Assembly (NCBI GenBank): GCA_963776275.1
Contig: CAVZMI010000029.1
Span: forward strand, 23,123-87,122
DNA length: 64,000 nucleotides
DNA from: Ignavibacteriota bacterium
Lineage (GTDB): Bacteria > Bacteroidota > Ignavibacteria > UBA10030 > CAVZMI01
Reading direction: 5' to 3'
The notes beneath the pieces are model-generated. The model was given only the letters and a program-made list of their open reading frames with translations. It was not told the origin of the DNA and searched no databases. The first letter of the stretch is position 1, and each line of letters opens with the position of its first letter. Both the position numbers and the translations under genes were made by a program. Of the stretch, positions 18,801 to 26,934 are shown piece by piece.

Positions 18801-19309
18801 TTGAATTCTTCGATCGCTTCCTCACGGTCTTTATTCTGGACTCCGTGCTCCAATCCTAAATTATTGAGATGCCGGATTAAATCACCGTAGAAATTGTATT
18901 CACTTGGAACAGTGCCTTTCGAATGAGTTAGATCTACTTCGTAAATGTTCGTCGTTTCATCATACAATAAGGGTTTATTCCCCCGACTGATCATAAACTC
19001 ATTCAGTACTTCAAGGGGGATCCATCGCGAACGGAGATTGAGCGGCATCTCCTCAATCGTCCGGAATTTTACCTTTGATTGCATTGTTGTTATTTGATTT
19101 TCGAGTTTCTGAATTTTGAGTTCATTCTCTCGATCGTCACCTCCCATCAATCGACCTATTTCATTTTTCCATCGGTCGATTTTATCATACACCGTTCCGG
19201 AAAGCAGCCTTTCCATTGGCATGTCGTAATATAGCGGGATCAACAGCTCTTTTCGATCTTTCAGATCTATTATGTGCTCGCATGAGTGCGGTATCATAAT
19301 CTGCGTCAA
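15842..19309 (-). CDS. large SNF2-family helicase (polyvalent-protein-type)
   Basis: 1155 aa. Motif I GTGLGKTFAAIATAY, motif II FADEAHSYRN, then LTATPTVNNPLE, and a helicase-C region ending QRNGRGVRQGN. The true start is uncertain: in-frame ATGs at 19222, 19216 and 19147 would shrink the 125-nt overlap with the upstream ORF. Confidence 0.85.
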   Translation of the reverse strand: MTQIMIPHSCEHIIDLKDRKELLIPLYYDMPMERLLSGTVYDKIDRWKNEIGRLMGGDDRENELKIQKLENQITTMQSKVKFRTIEEMPLNLRSRWIPLEVLNEFMISRGNKPLLYDETTNIYEVDLTHSKGTVPSEYNFYGDLIRHLNNLGLEHGVQNKDREEAIEEFKERFRSWLAVHPKRQEFENTYNRKFNNYVKEEYDDTPIPIDKMDDGFSLNRYHYSAIRRMLDVGRGILAYGTGLGKTFAAIATAYLLKERGIAKKPMIVVPKSVLANWVSEINVFSGNKKRKIMIIGMHEKKDKNETLQLDVKGKIQWNEDTFEEVQRKLQQVAQNDYDIVLITRDKFDMMSFSPEILQRTLDDVVHRHIIRSNAEATARDVEVAKANIERAIMGRVKAGHEKVETIYFDQLGVDALFADEAHSYRNLFGLVGRPIKWAMTQPDVQRSMRMYVASQFIREKNNGKNVFFLTATPTVNNPLEAYNMLQYIAPEEYDRRNIFNMQDFFDTFGNVETLDIADISGEIKPRPALTGFKALPELRTIFMRYTDMRRAQDVGLKVPQPDPHFNTSNMTTLQKRVYNDLRERARELLAMTEEERKESGDHIFSILSDMQKAAISIKLLMEEGSEHRPELTSKEVEEEGVSPKMKESVEDTLRIYKTGEKQLIFAEFKAIQKELKNELIKAGIPEKDILIINADTAGSSSNRQHMSEEYNSGKYKVVIGNSTMAEGMNFQVETSAVNHLTLPWTPAAIEQRNGRGVRQGNKREMVDINYYMTHGTFDGFFFDAINRKKGWQWDLWNGTADEAKNENSGRSFSPQELQVMLSDDPEAERLKVDAENKTQIEKNREEMQKRGLSAFNQYQNLLIQYKKMKPEEKSDELGKQLQERITYTRQLLQNNEQFEYKGLLESDEPAYVDADRRIVVPVGRYFTRNGGNWEKHGLYRFVSVDPVNRRVKIEKIIEGEQREYDHANPSPGEISNVGFNEFKSFFKSGISTPAVHSDEVERKLYDSIKNWRQVRLLQPDTITNKKENIFKILEENDVDDIPVIDHKTGGVKIAARSDFEPKEEYNRRTGQTENLPPTYSKDDIYWPLDIRRWMKDILDIAQKERTEYRKIWAGRNRHYKPPMPKEVNFANEVFGWQWPSTEEEVPEEENTEDQE

Positions 19310-20234
19310 CCAGTACCAATCTTACTTTATATCCATTCTGTTTCAATTCATGATATAATTTTTCAGCCTTCCCGGGATTCGATAGCGCTCCATCGATCAC
19401 CACATTCTGTTTATTTTTTATTGCTTCTGAAATGAGCTGCTTACTCATATGCGAACTTTCTTCATGGGCAATACTGGCCGCTTCATAATCATCGGCTGCA
19501 CGGAGAATTTGGTATTCTGGTATAAATTCCTTTGCCTCATCGGCATCGACCCATACATGAGATCGATTCGATTTCAAATCACCGTACAATGTTCTAAGGA
19601 TCGTACTCTTTCCGGTCCCGCCTCCACCTGCCAGAACGATCGCCTCACGCTTTCCTTCAGGCAAATCTTTCGGCACCTCTGCTGTTTGTATATTGAGAAA
19701 TGCTGAATGTAGTTCGCTTCGTTCTGGTTCCCATTGTCCATCATGGAAATATCGCCGCTCAGTGCTTATATCCTTAACCTGCGATAGAAACTCCTCATCG
19801 AGATCCTCCGGCGTAATAGTCTCAAAATCACGATAGATATATTGCTTTAATCGATCAACATATTTCCTATTCTCTTCTTCTTCCGGTACCGGAGCTTCGC
19901 TGGCCGACGTTCTGGATATCGCGAAATGTTTTCCAAGTCTCGATTTAACAGCCAACATATGATCGGCTATGTCTGTAACCTTTACCCTCAAACCACGATA
20001 TTTGACTTCATCACCAACCTTTATATCCTTCTGCCACTGTTCAAGCTTGTGGGATTGAAGCTCTTGTTTCTGAGACTGATGTTGGTCGGTCGGTTTTTGA
20101 TTTCCTTTCTTCTGTTTCTCATAATCGTCATCGTTCAACCAACGTCCCTGATCTGTGGAGAACCTGCGTCGATCAGTGGGGCCAAACATCCGGACCTCGC
20201 CTTCTGTCGGCTTTTCCACTGACTTCCTAAACAT
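19185..20234 (-). CDS. Zeta-toxin-like P-loop kinase with an N-terminal junction/SH3-like module
   Basis: 349 aa. P-loop LAGGGGTGKSTI followed by VDADEAKEFIPEY and a GYKVRLVLVDAD layout typical of Zeta-toxin/AAA_33 kinases. 8-nt overlap with the upstream 1261-aa ORF. Confidence 0.6.
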   Translation of the reverse strand: MFRKSVEKPTEGEVRMFGPTDRRRFSTDQGRWLNDDDYEKQKKGNQKPTDQHQSQKQELQSHKLEQWQKDIKVGDEVKYRGLRVKVTDIADHMLAVKSRLGKHFAISRTSASEAPVPEEEENRKYVDRLKQYIYRDFETITPEDLDEEFLSQVKDISTERRYFHDGQWEPERSELHSAFLNIQTAEVPKDLPEGKREAIVLAGGGGTGKSTILRTLYGDLKSNRSHVWVDADEAKEFIPEYQILRAADDYEAASIAHEESSHMSKQLISEAIKNKQNVVIDGALSNPGKAEKLYHELKQNGYKVRLVLVDADYDTALMRAHNRSERSKRAVDPAILRHANGKAAFRNGV

Positions 20235-23200
20235 AACGATCGCCTTTTTCCCGATCGCTCTTGAAAAACCGTATCAGTTGGCGTATGCTTTTTTTTAAGC
20301 CGCCCTTTTCATTCGCTAATTCAAAACCATACTGCCTTGCAATATTTTCCATTTTACGATATACATCAAACGCCCCGAATTGTTCTTTTGCCGATTCCTG
20401 CTCATCGGCTGTCAGCTGCTCCTCTCCGGACCGATAGGGCTTATTCTCAAGCAGAGTTCGTTCAGCGATTGCCACCACATCCTGATACTGTTCTGCCTTC
20501 TTCTGTTCTTCAGATTTGATTGATCCGAAAATATCATCCTGATTCTGATCAAGTGTTTTAAGCGCATCAGAGAATCGGCGTATTTTTAGTGCGAATTGGT
20601 TTATCGATTTATTCCGGTTTTCTTCATCAAACCGTGGATTCATTGCTTGATGATATGCTATCATGCCGACAACAGTTAACGGATCCCGGAAAAGGTTCTC
20701 TTCTTTCTTCTCTGTGGAAAGTAGATCTTCCTGCCTCATTCGATGGATGAGTGTGTCAGGATTCATCGCTTGAGGATCGTCATTTAAGAATTCCACGTTT
20801 CCGGCCCGGATATTCATCAATGATTTCGTCCCAGAACCGAGGTTGTCATAGGATTTTACCACACGGCCGAGGAAGGATTGAATATCCGCATATCCGGGGA
20901 CCCGGCCTTCCGCCACTGCTCGCTGATTGTCTGCCAGGACCGAAGCCAACTTTCGTACCAATCTATGTGTTTTGTCATCCCGACCAGCAATATCCTCAAT
21001 GAAGTCTTTCTTTAGTTGCGCCAGCATCGCGATATTGACAAGTCTTGCTTGTACCGATGGATGGCTCTCAACTGCTTCACGGGCTAATCCGGAATCCTTC
21101 AAAATCTCTTGATAGAGTTGTGGATTGTTTCTGACAAACGTTCCCACGTTATTTTCATCGATCGACCGGTTACCTATACCTTCAAGATTAATACGAAAAT
21201 CATATGGCGTGCGTTGTGCATTTTGGAATGCCCGGGCTTCCTCGACCTCGGTCTGCGGTAGAGCTGCACTCTTCTGACCAAATGCCGCAAGTCGACGTGC
21301 ATCTTCATACGTATGCATCGGCGTCAATATCCGAACCAGCATATCGTTTTCTGTTAGTTTTTCTGTCGGAGTACCAAGTTTCTTCGCCTTATCGAGTATC
21401 ATCCCGAAATACTTTTCACGCTGCACGCCTTGTGTACCTTTAATGCCGGCACTGCGGCCATTTCCTTGGATGATATAGACTTTCCCATCTCTGGAAAATG
21501 CCACTGGTGCACCGCGGGTAGCATCCGCATTGTCCGTTACCACGTCGTCGTTAATATCGGAAGCAATCTTTTGCATTTGAGTTACCGCGTGCACGTCACT
21601 CCTTTTTCTTGCCTGCAGTTCAACGGGATGCTCTGCGTTCTCTTGACCTTCGACATTATGAGATTCAACTACCGAATCCATAGGTACAAAAGCATATACC
21701 ACATGATAACTATTCCCACTGCTATCTCTAATCTTGAATGGCTCTTCGACCACAGCTTTTGCGTTCTCGGGAATTTCCGAGGTATCTCCCCATTCAAATT
21801 TACCTTTGGCCCCGCTTGTACGCGCTTCACCTATTTTTTCTCTGAGCTTTTCGCGTAAATAATCATTCCGGCGCTGACGGATGAAGCTCTCTGCTGTATC
21901 CATGTAATCGGATATCTGTCTGGCTGCTGGCTTTTCCTTCAGAACGCCGCTTTGCGATAGAGTATTGAAAGCATCGATCTCTCGCCCTCGCTGATCATCC
22001 GCTACTTTCATTCGCTCAGCCAAGGATTGTATGGTTGCTTTCCATTCCGGTCGACCATATGCTTCTGCGAGCTGTTCGTCAATCCCCTCTCCACTATTAT
22101 CTATGAAAGAATCGAAAACATCTTTATACATGCCAGCATCAATCGGCTTACGTCCTGTTTTTTCTTTTTCGATCCTGGCTTTCGCCGTATCGACGTCCAT
22201 ATTCCTGATCTGCTCTTCCCTTAGTTTTCCTGTAAGTCCGACGACCAACCTCTTCATTTTCTTTGAACCATCATCGAGCTTACTATCATCGACGTTACGG
22301 CGTGTATTCTTTTTTAGGATTATATTCGTTCTCCGGTTTCCATCTATTACACCGATTTCATGACCATGCTTATAAACCGTAATGCCAGTAGCAATTTTAC
22401 CGAGACGTATATCTGTATATCGGGCACCCACTGCCGGCTCCAATCTCTTCCATACTTCATCATTGATTATCCGGATGGTCCCGGGCTTCAAGAGATCTGC
22501 TTGAGTAATACCTTCTTCCATTCTGATGGCACCAAGTTCTTTCTCGCCCTTTTGTACCGTAGCATTTCCATCTTCATCCAGGATTAAGTTTCCCTGATAT
22601 TTATCGAGATCGTACTGATTGATTTTAACTTCATCATTTCCCTTCCTCAGGACAATATCATCGCCATCGATGTCAACCAACTCCTGTGTTTCGCCTTTGT
22701 ATATCAAATGAATAGGCCGGTCATTAGCCGAAACTGTATACGTCTTTTTCTCCGGAAGCCATGTTCGGTTTAAAGTATAATGAATCTTAAACCAACCTTC
22801 TTGTTCCCATTCAACATCCTTTTGAAAATTGAAATCGTCAAGCTGATTCCAGTCTTTGGAGAGATGCTCTTTGAATTCCTTATATTCCGGTGTTTCTATC
22901 TGTTCATTGTGTATCCGGGTCACTTCTTCCTGATATTTTTCCCCGACTGATTTTGGATGGGGTTCGAATTGCAATACTCTCTCCTGCTGCCGCTTTTTCT
23001 TTTCATCAAGAGCATTCTGTTGATAAATCTCCGTCATTTTTCCATGTTGTATATCTCCAGTTTCTTGTGAAATAGTTTTTTCCGATTGCTTCTTGGCTGC
23101 GACCTTACTTTCTGCGTCATGATTGTACTCGGTTGTCTTCAATGTACCTGTCGATCCATCTTCTTTTTTGAAAGCAACAATATCATCTGCATAATTTACA

Positions 23201-24012
23201 ACCTGCACCTTTTCACCCTTCCATGGTATTTCCTGTCCGACTCGAAATTCTCGAGCTGCAGGCTTTGGAGTTCCTTCGTTTTGAACTTTATCCGTCTTCT
23301 TTTGCTGACGGCGTTCAAGCTCTTTCTTTTCCTCGTCCGCGTTCATCCACCTCATCGCACCATCCGGAGTCCGCATGAGCTTACGAATATCATTCGGCCC
23401 AAATTGCTTCGTCGTGCCCTCGGTGGGTTGCGATTCCGGATTGAGGTTTAACTTAAATTTTCCAGCATTGAAACTGATACCGACCTTATTCGGTCTTTGG
23501 GTGATAGATCTCGGGGTATTGGTTTGAATACGCTTCCGAAGTTCTATAAAGAAATTACCTACTTCCTCGATGGCCCGGGTTTCCCGCTGATAATCAATTG
23601 CTGGCCGCAATAGACTCTTCCGGCATACCTTTCTCCCAGCACCGTTTTCAATTAAGGCCATTTGATCACCGCATTCGATCACCGTGCCCTCTGTTGTCTT
23701 CGCTCCCTTTTGTAACCAGCTTCCCGATATTTCCAGAATCTTTCCCTGTATATCACTCATGATAATACAATCATTCTCACTCTTGAAAAAGTAAACTTTT
23801 CCATGTTCGCGAGATGGAGCCGACCCCAGAAAATTATCTATAGTCTTATCCACAAGTAAATAAGGTTTCCCATTGATAACACCGACTTCATAACTCTTAA
23901 GTATCAATGGAATTGAATTCTCTATCGGCTCGATCAAGAGCTCAATCCCGCGTGATAGGGTATAACCTTGCACCGTCTCGGCAAAATATTTCTTTGTGTC
24001 ACTCTCCATCAT
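20227..24012 (-). CDS. 1261-aa polyvalent-type protein with a ParB-like (ddrB-ParB-type) nuclease domain
   Basis: The stretch HPVELQARKRSDVHAVTQMQKIASDI...ATRGAPVAFSRDGKVYIIQGNGRSAGIK fits the ELQPRDR...GNGR pattern of ParB/sulfiredoxin-fold domains found in polyvalent proteins. The rest is large and not recognised. Confidence 0.6.
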   Translation of the reverse strand: MMESDTKKYFAETVQGYTLSRGIELLIEPIENSIPLILKSYEVGVINGKPYLLVDKTIDNFLGSAPSREHGKVYFFKSENDCIIMSDIQGKILEISGSWLQKGAKTTEGTVIECGDQMALIENGAGRKVCRKSLLRPAIDYQRETRAIEEVGNFFIELRKRIQTNTPRSITQRPNKVGISFNAGKFKLNLNPESQPTEGTTKQFGPNDIRKLMRTPDGAMRWMNADEEKKELERRQQKKTDKVQNEGTPKPAAREFRVGQEIPWKGEKVQVVNYADDIVAFKKEDGSTGTLKTTEYNHDAESKVAAKKQSEKTISQETGDIQHGKMTEIYQQNALDEKKKRQQERVLQFEPHPKSVGEKYQEEVTRIHNEQIETPEYKEFKEHLSKDWNQLDDFNFQKDVEWEQEGWFKIHYTLNRTWLPEKKTYTVSANDRPIHLIYKGETQELVDIDGDDIVLRKGNDEVKINQYDLDKYQGNLILDEDGNATVQKGEKELGAIRMEEGITQADLLKPGTIRIINDEVWKRLEPAVGARYTDIRLGKIATGITVYKHGHEIGVIDGNRRTNIILKKNTRRNVDDSKLDDGSKKMKRLVVGLTGKLREEQIRNMDVDTAKARIEKEKTGRKPIDAGMYKDVFDSFIDNSGEGIDEQLAEAYGRPEWKATIQSLAERMKVADDQRGREIDAFNTLSQSGVLKEKPAARQISDYMDTAESFIRQRRNDYLREKLREKIGEARTSGAKGKFEWGDTSEIPENAKAVVEEPFKIRDSSGNSYHVVYAFVPMDSVVESHNVEGQENAEHPVELQARKRSDVHAVTQMQKIASDINDDVVTDNADATRGAPVAFSRDGKVYIIQGNGRSAGIKGTQGVQREKYFGMILDKAKKLGTPTEKLTENDMLVRILTPMHTYEDARRLAAFGQKSAALPQTEVEEARAFQNAQRTPYDFRINLEGIGNRSIDENNVGTFVRNNPQLYQEILKDSGLAREAVESHPSVQARLVNIAMLAQLKKDFIEDIAGRDDKTHRLVRKLASVLADNQRAVAEGRVPGYADIQSFLGRVVKSYDNLGSGTKSLMNIRAGNVEFLNDDPQAMNPDTLIHRMRQEDLLSTEKKEENLFRDPLTVVGMIAYHQAMNPRFDEENRNKSINQFALKIRRFSDALKTLDQNQDDIFGSIKSEEQKKAEQYQDVVAIAERTLLENKPYRSGEEQLTADEQESAKEQFGAFDVYRKMENIARQYGFELANEKGGLKKSIRQLIRFFKSDREKGDRYV

Positions 24013-24182
24013 ACCTTCTTCACCTCTCGCGGTTTCTTCTTGAGTATTGCATACCCGTAAATTGTTTTTTTATTTCTAATACGACAACACAGCCATCTCA
24101 CCTGTTGACTCTCCCGAACATCTACATATTGAAAAAACGAATCAATATCTTTTGGAGGATATATTCTTCGTGTATTGTCCAT
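24009..24182 (-). CDS. small coupled ORF (57 aa)
   Basis: Not in the track. MDNTRRIYPPKDIDSFFQYVDVRESQQVRWLCCRIRNKKTIYGYAILKKKPREVKKV. Its start shares TGATG with the upstream stop, and its stop shares ATGA with the 1261-aa ORF start. Confidence 0.35.
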   Translation of the reverse strand: MDNTRRIYPPKDIDSFFQYVDVRESQQVRWLCCRIRNKKTIYGYAILKKKPREVKKV

Positions 24183-24442
24183 CACCGCCTCATAAATCTC
24201 CTCAATTCTTCCTCTTGTCGTACCATTATTAACTGGAGGGAATCAACTTGTTCCGGTTTGATATCTACTTTACTTTCCAGCCCCTTCCCCGACAATATTC
24301 TATATTTTCCAGTAAGGCTGACAAACCTGTATACCACTTTTGGTTCTGCCGACAACTCCCGTAATTTATAACCGAAAACTACACCTATGGCGAATAAGAC
24401 AATCGCTGAGATTACGATCAGTAATCCCCGCTTTGTTGTCAT
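24182..24442 (-). CDS. small single-pass membrane protein
   Basis: Probable start is MTTKRGLLIVISAIVLFAIGVVFGY at 24442, which gives an ATGA overlap with the stop of the MuF C-terminal ORF. The track start at 24511 lies inside that ORF. Confidence 0.4.
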   Translation of the reverse strand: MTTKRGLLIVISAIVLFAIGVVFGYKLRELSAEPKVVYRFVSLTGKYRILSGKGLESKVDIKPEQVDSLQLIMVRQEEELRRFMRR

Positions 24443-24921
24443 AATTCTATACCGTGTTGTTTTAGCGCGGTGAGTTTTGTGATGATGTCGCTGTTGTACC
24501 ATTTCTCCCATGCTTTCTCGTCCATGGCCTTCATCCGGATGTTGCCGTTTTCAATATATTGATTCAGAGGATTCAGTCGAACATAACGACAACGGCAATT
24601 TTTCACTACTAATCCATCTACCAAATAAGAATGATCGTTGGCAACCTCTATGTTGTAAACAAGATTATTGTCTTCAAAACATTTGTTTTCTACTATCCTG
24701 AGAAGCTTATATTTACACTTTGGATTGAAATTGACCTTTTTCATTACGGAGTTTTTCCCCTTTCTCTGAAGCATGCTCATCATCATGGCATTCGCGGCAT
24801 AGTACTTCCAAATTGTCCATCTCATTATTATGTCGATCCCTATCTTTATGATGGACATGTAAACTAAATACTGAGCCACAACGTTCACATTCCTTTTTCT
24901 TTCCATAAATGCCAAAAGCAT
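24439..24921 (-). CDS. C-terminal Hint block of the intein plus the MuF C-extein (second reading frame of a split gene)
   Basis: YNIEVANDHSYLVDGLVVKN followed by CRCRYV is an intein C-terminal block followed by the MuF CRC motif. It lies in the +1 frame relative to 24713-26584. The track N-terminus upstream of about 24760 is probably not translated in this frame. Confidence 0.55.
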   Translation of the reverse strand: MLLAFMERKRNVNVVAQYLVYMSIIKIGIDIIMRWTIWKYYAANAMMMSMLQRKGKNSVMKKVNFNPKCKYKLLRIVENKCFEDNNLVYNIEVANDHSYLVDGLVVKNCRCRYVRLNPLNQYIENGNIRMKAMDEKAWEKWYNSDIITKLTALKQHGIEL

Positions 24922-25621
24922 ATTTCCGGTATGATTTACGTCCGTCTTTAAATCTCGGTGCCTGAATTTTCACCTTCCCATAATTAGGATTCAAAGAGCC
25001 TATTTTTGAATCTGATATTTTTTTAATCGAAGGATTAGAACCTTTATTTTTACCGCTATTCCACGAAGGCTTGCCTTTTAACCATTGACCCCAAGAACCA
25101 TCCTGCACCTTCTTTTTGATAGCGAGATGTGCTTTTTCAATTATTCGTTTTCTTTCTTCGGGATCTTTGTATCTCTCGTAGAGTGCTTCACTTTTATTTC
25201 TCCATTTCAAGCCGTAATTATTCATCCATCGTCTCACTGTGTCAGGACTCACGCCATATTGTTTTGACATTTGCAAAATTGACATGTGATGGATATTATG
25301 TTTCTCAGATAATTCTTCCGCGGTAGGTTTATATTTTGCTTCTAATTCAACAACCATATCGCCTGGAATAATTTCATCTATTTTCGCCCAATAAAATTTT
25401 TCATTCCGTTTTATTAATATTTCGTGTTTAGAGGTCGATTTTAATTCAATTCCATTATCCGTCGTGAGCCGATTAAACTTTCCAATATATTCACGCACAT
25501 TCTTTCCAATTACTTTTTGATGCTTTCCTCGATGCGTAAAAACTTCATCGCCCTCTTGGATATCTTTTATTTTCTTCCTCTCTCCATTTGATAGGCTAAT
25601 TATTGCATCTCCATAAAAACA
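24598..25621 (-). mobile_element. intein with an HNH homing-endonuclease domain, inserted in the MuF HPxCRC motif
   Basis: N-terminal Cys at 25619-25621 (IPLHPY/CFYGDAIISLSNG), TSKHEIL block B, HTH and NUMOD3-like repeats, HNH CERCG..HVHHKDRDRHNN..CRECHDDEH, and C-terminal ..LVVKN/C at 24598. The length is 1024 nt, which is 3n+1, so the intein is frame-broken. Confidence 0.7.
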
Positions 25622-26584
25622 ATATGGGTGAAGAGGTATGACAGGCATTGACAGTTCGTGATGTGCTCTTTGAACTAATCCCGGATTTCCGTTTTCATCG
25701 ATTACTTTTTTATACGGTGATGAACTCCGGCCAATATTGTCCTTCCCCGTCCACACGACGTTAGTCCATAGCCATGATCGCCGTTGATATTCCTTGCTCT
25801 CTGGATCAAAGTTGCCATAAGTCATATCCTCGGCAGGCTCTATCACTGGAAATATTTTGCCATCAATAAGCCGACTACATTGTGGACAGCAATTGATCAG
25901 AGACATTCCTATTACCCAATCACTGGGTGGTACCTGTGCCAGATATCCATTGTTGAAAGCAGCATTCGTTTCGGTGATCGCGACTCTCTTCCAATCCCTG
26001 TTCAGTTCGTGCTCATCATCAAAGAATTCTGTTTCCAATGCCCGTCGAAAATCCCGGACACTGCCACGATTCTTAAGATTATCATATAAGAGTTCTTGTA
26101 TCCTACTCACGGTCCGACCGGTAGCGTTTGTCAAATTCTTCGCACCGTTCGAAACGCTCCATTCCAAAGCTTTTGTCTCGCGGACTGTTAGTTTGTAATC
26201 TCTTGCTGCATCCCGAATTCGTGCTGGAAGTTTTTCTATATCGAGTATTTTTCGAGGCGGTACTGGCGGAAGAGTCTCACTCTTCTCAATCAATTTGCCG
26301 ATGATGAATCCCCTTACTAACCATGTCTCTATCTCCGGCATTTTCCCATAAAAATATTTCCGGATGAATGAATCGATATCCTGAAGATCTTGAAGTGTGG
26401 GTATCGCACCCTCCTTCAATCTTCCTGCCAGATATTTATTCAGCGATTCATAGAATTTCTCAATTTCGAAAGAAGAATGGAATTGCTTCTCAAGTATTCC
26501 TAATTCTTCAAGGTGTTGTATGCCTCCTGGCTGAGTTTGAAGCTTCTGGAATACATCTCTTGATATTTTAAGAGGTGCTGTCAT
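24713..26584 (-). CDS. MuF-like (SPP1 gp7 family) head morphogenesis protein N-extein plus intein N-terminal and HNH part
   Basis: 623 aa. MuF motif WKRVAITETNAAFNNGY. The extein ends at IPLHPY, followed by the intein. The ORF terminates at 24713, before the C-terminal Hint block. Confidence 0.7.
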   Translation of the reverse strand: MTAPLKISRDVFQKLQTQPGGIQHLEELGILEKQFHSSFEIEKFYESLNKYLAGRLKEGAIPTLQDLQDIDSFIRKYFYGKMPEIETWLVRGFIIGKLIEKSETLPPVPPRKILDIEKLPARIRDAARDYKLTVRETKALEWSVSNGAKNLTNATGRTVSRIQELLYDNLKNRGSVRDFRRALETEFFDDEHELNRDWKRVAITETNAAFNNGYLAQVPPSDWVIGMSLINCCPQCSRLIDGKIFPVIEPAEDMTYGNFDPESKEYQRRSWLWTNVVWTGKDNIGRSSSPYKKVIDENGNPGLVQRAHHELSMPVIPLHPYCFYGDAIISLSNGERKKIKDIQEGDEVFTHRGKHQKVIGKNVREYIGKFNRLTTDNGIELKSTSKHEILIKRNEKFYWAKIDEIIPGDMVVELEAKYKPTAEELSEKHNIHHMSILQMSKQYGVSPDTVRRWMNNYGLKWRNKSEALYERYKDPEERKRIIEKAHLAIKKKVQDGSWGQWLKGKPSWNSGKNKGSNPSIKKISDSKIGSLNPNYGKVKIQAPRFKDGRKSYRKYAFGIYGKKKECERCGSVFSLHVHHKDRDRHNNEMDNLEVLCRECHDDEHASEKGEKLRNEKGQFQSKV

Positions 26585-26934
26585 TCGACGGAACCATGAT
26601 TCTTGTCATTCCAATATTGCATCCATGCTTCAACCATCCGTTCCACCATTTCTTTTGGTAGGCCTGTTGAGTTTGTCACCCTATCGATCGCCTCGTCTTT
26701 GGTACCATTGATCGTCTGTGGTGCTATAGGTACATTGATACGGAAGGGTTGTCCAAAAACACAGCTGTTATAGACATTACCAGCTATGCCCCGCTGCCCG
26801 GATTTATGCATTTTGAGAATCTGCATTTCCTGCGAGAATATATCTTTCTTTTTCTGTCGATCCTGTGCGTGAATAGACTGCTCTGATTCGATGCCGAATA
26901 CGCTTTTGCCGAATGCTTCGATCTTCAATTTCAT
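26581..26934 (-). CDS. hypothetical protein
   Basis: 117-aa ORF with ATGA-type coupling on both sides. Confidence 0.45.
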   Translation of the reverse strand: MKLKIEAFGKSVFGIESEQSIHAQDRQKKKDIFSQEMQILKMHKSGQRGIAGNVYNSCVFGQPFRINVPIAPQTINGTKDEAIDRVTNSTGLPKEMVERMVEAWMQYWNDKNHGSVE

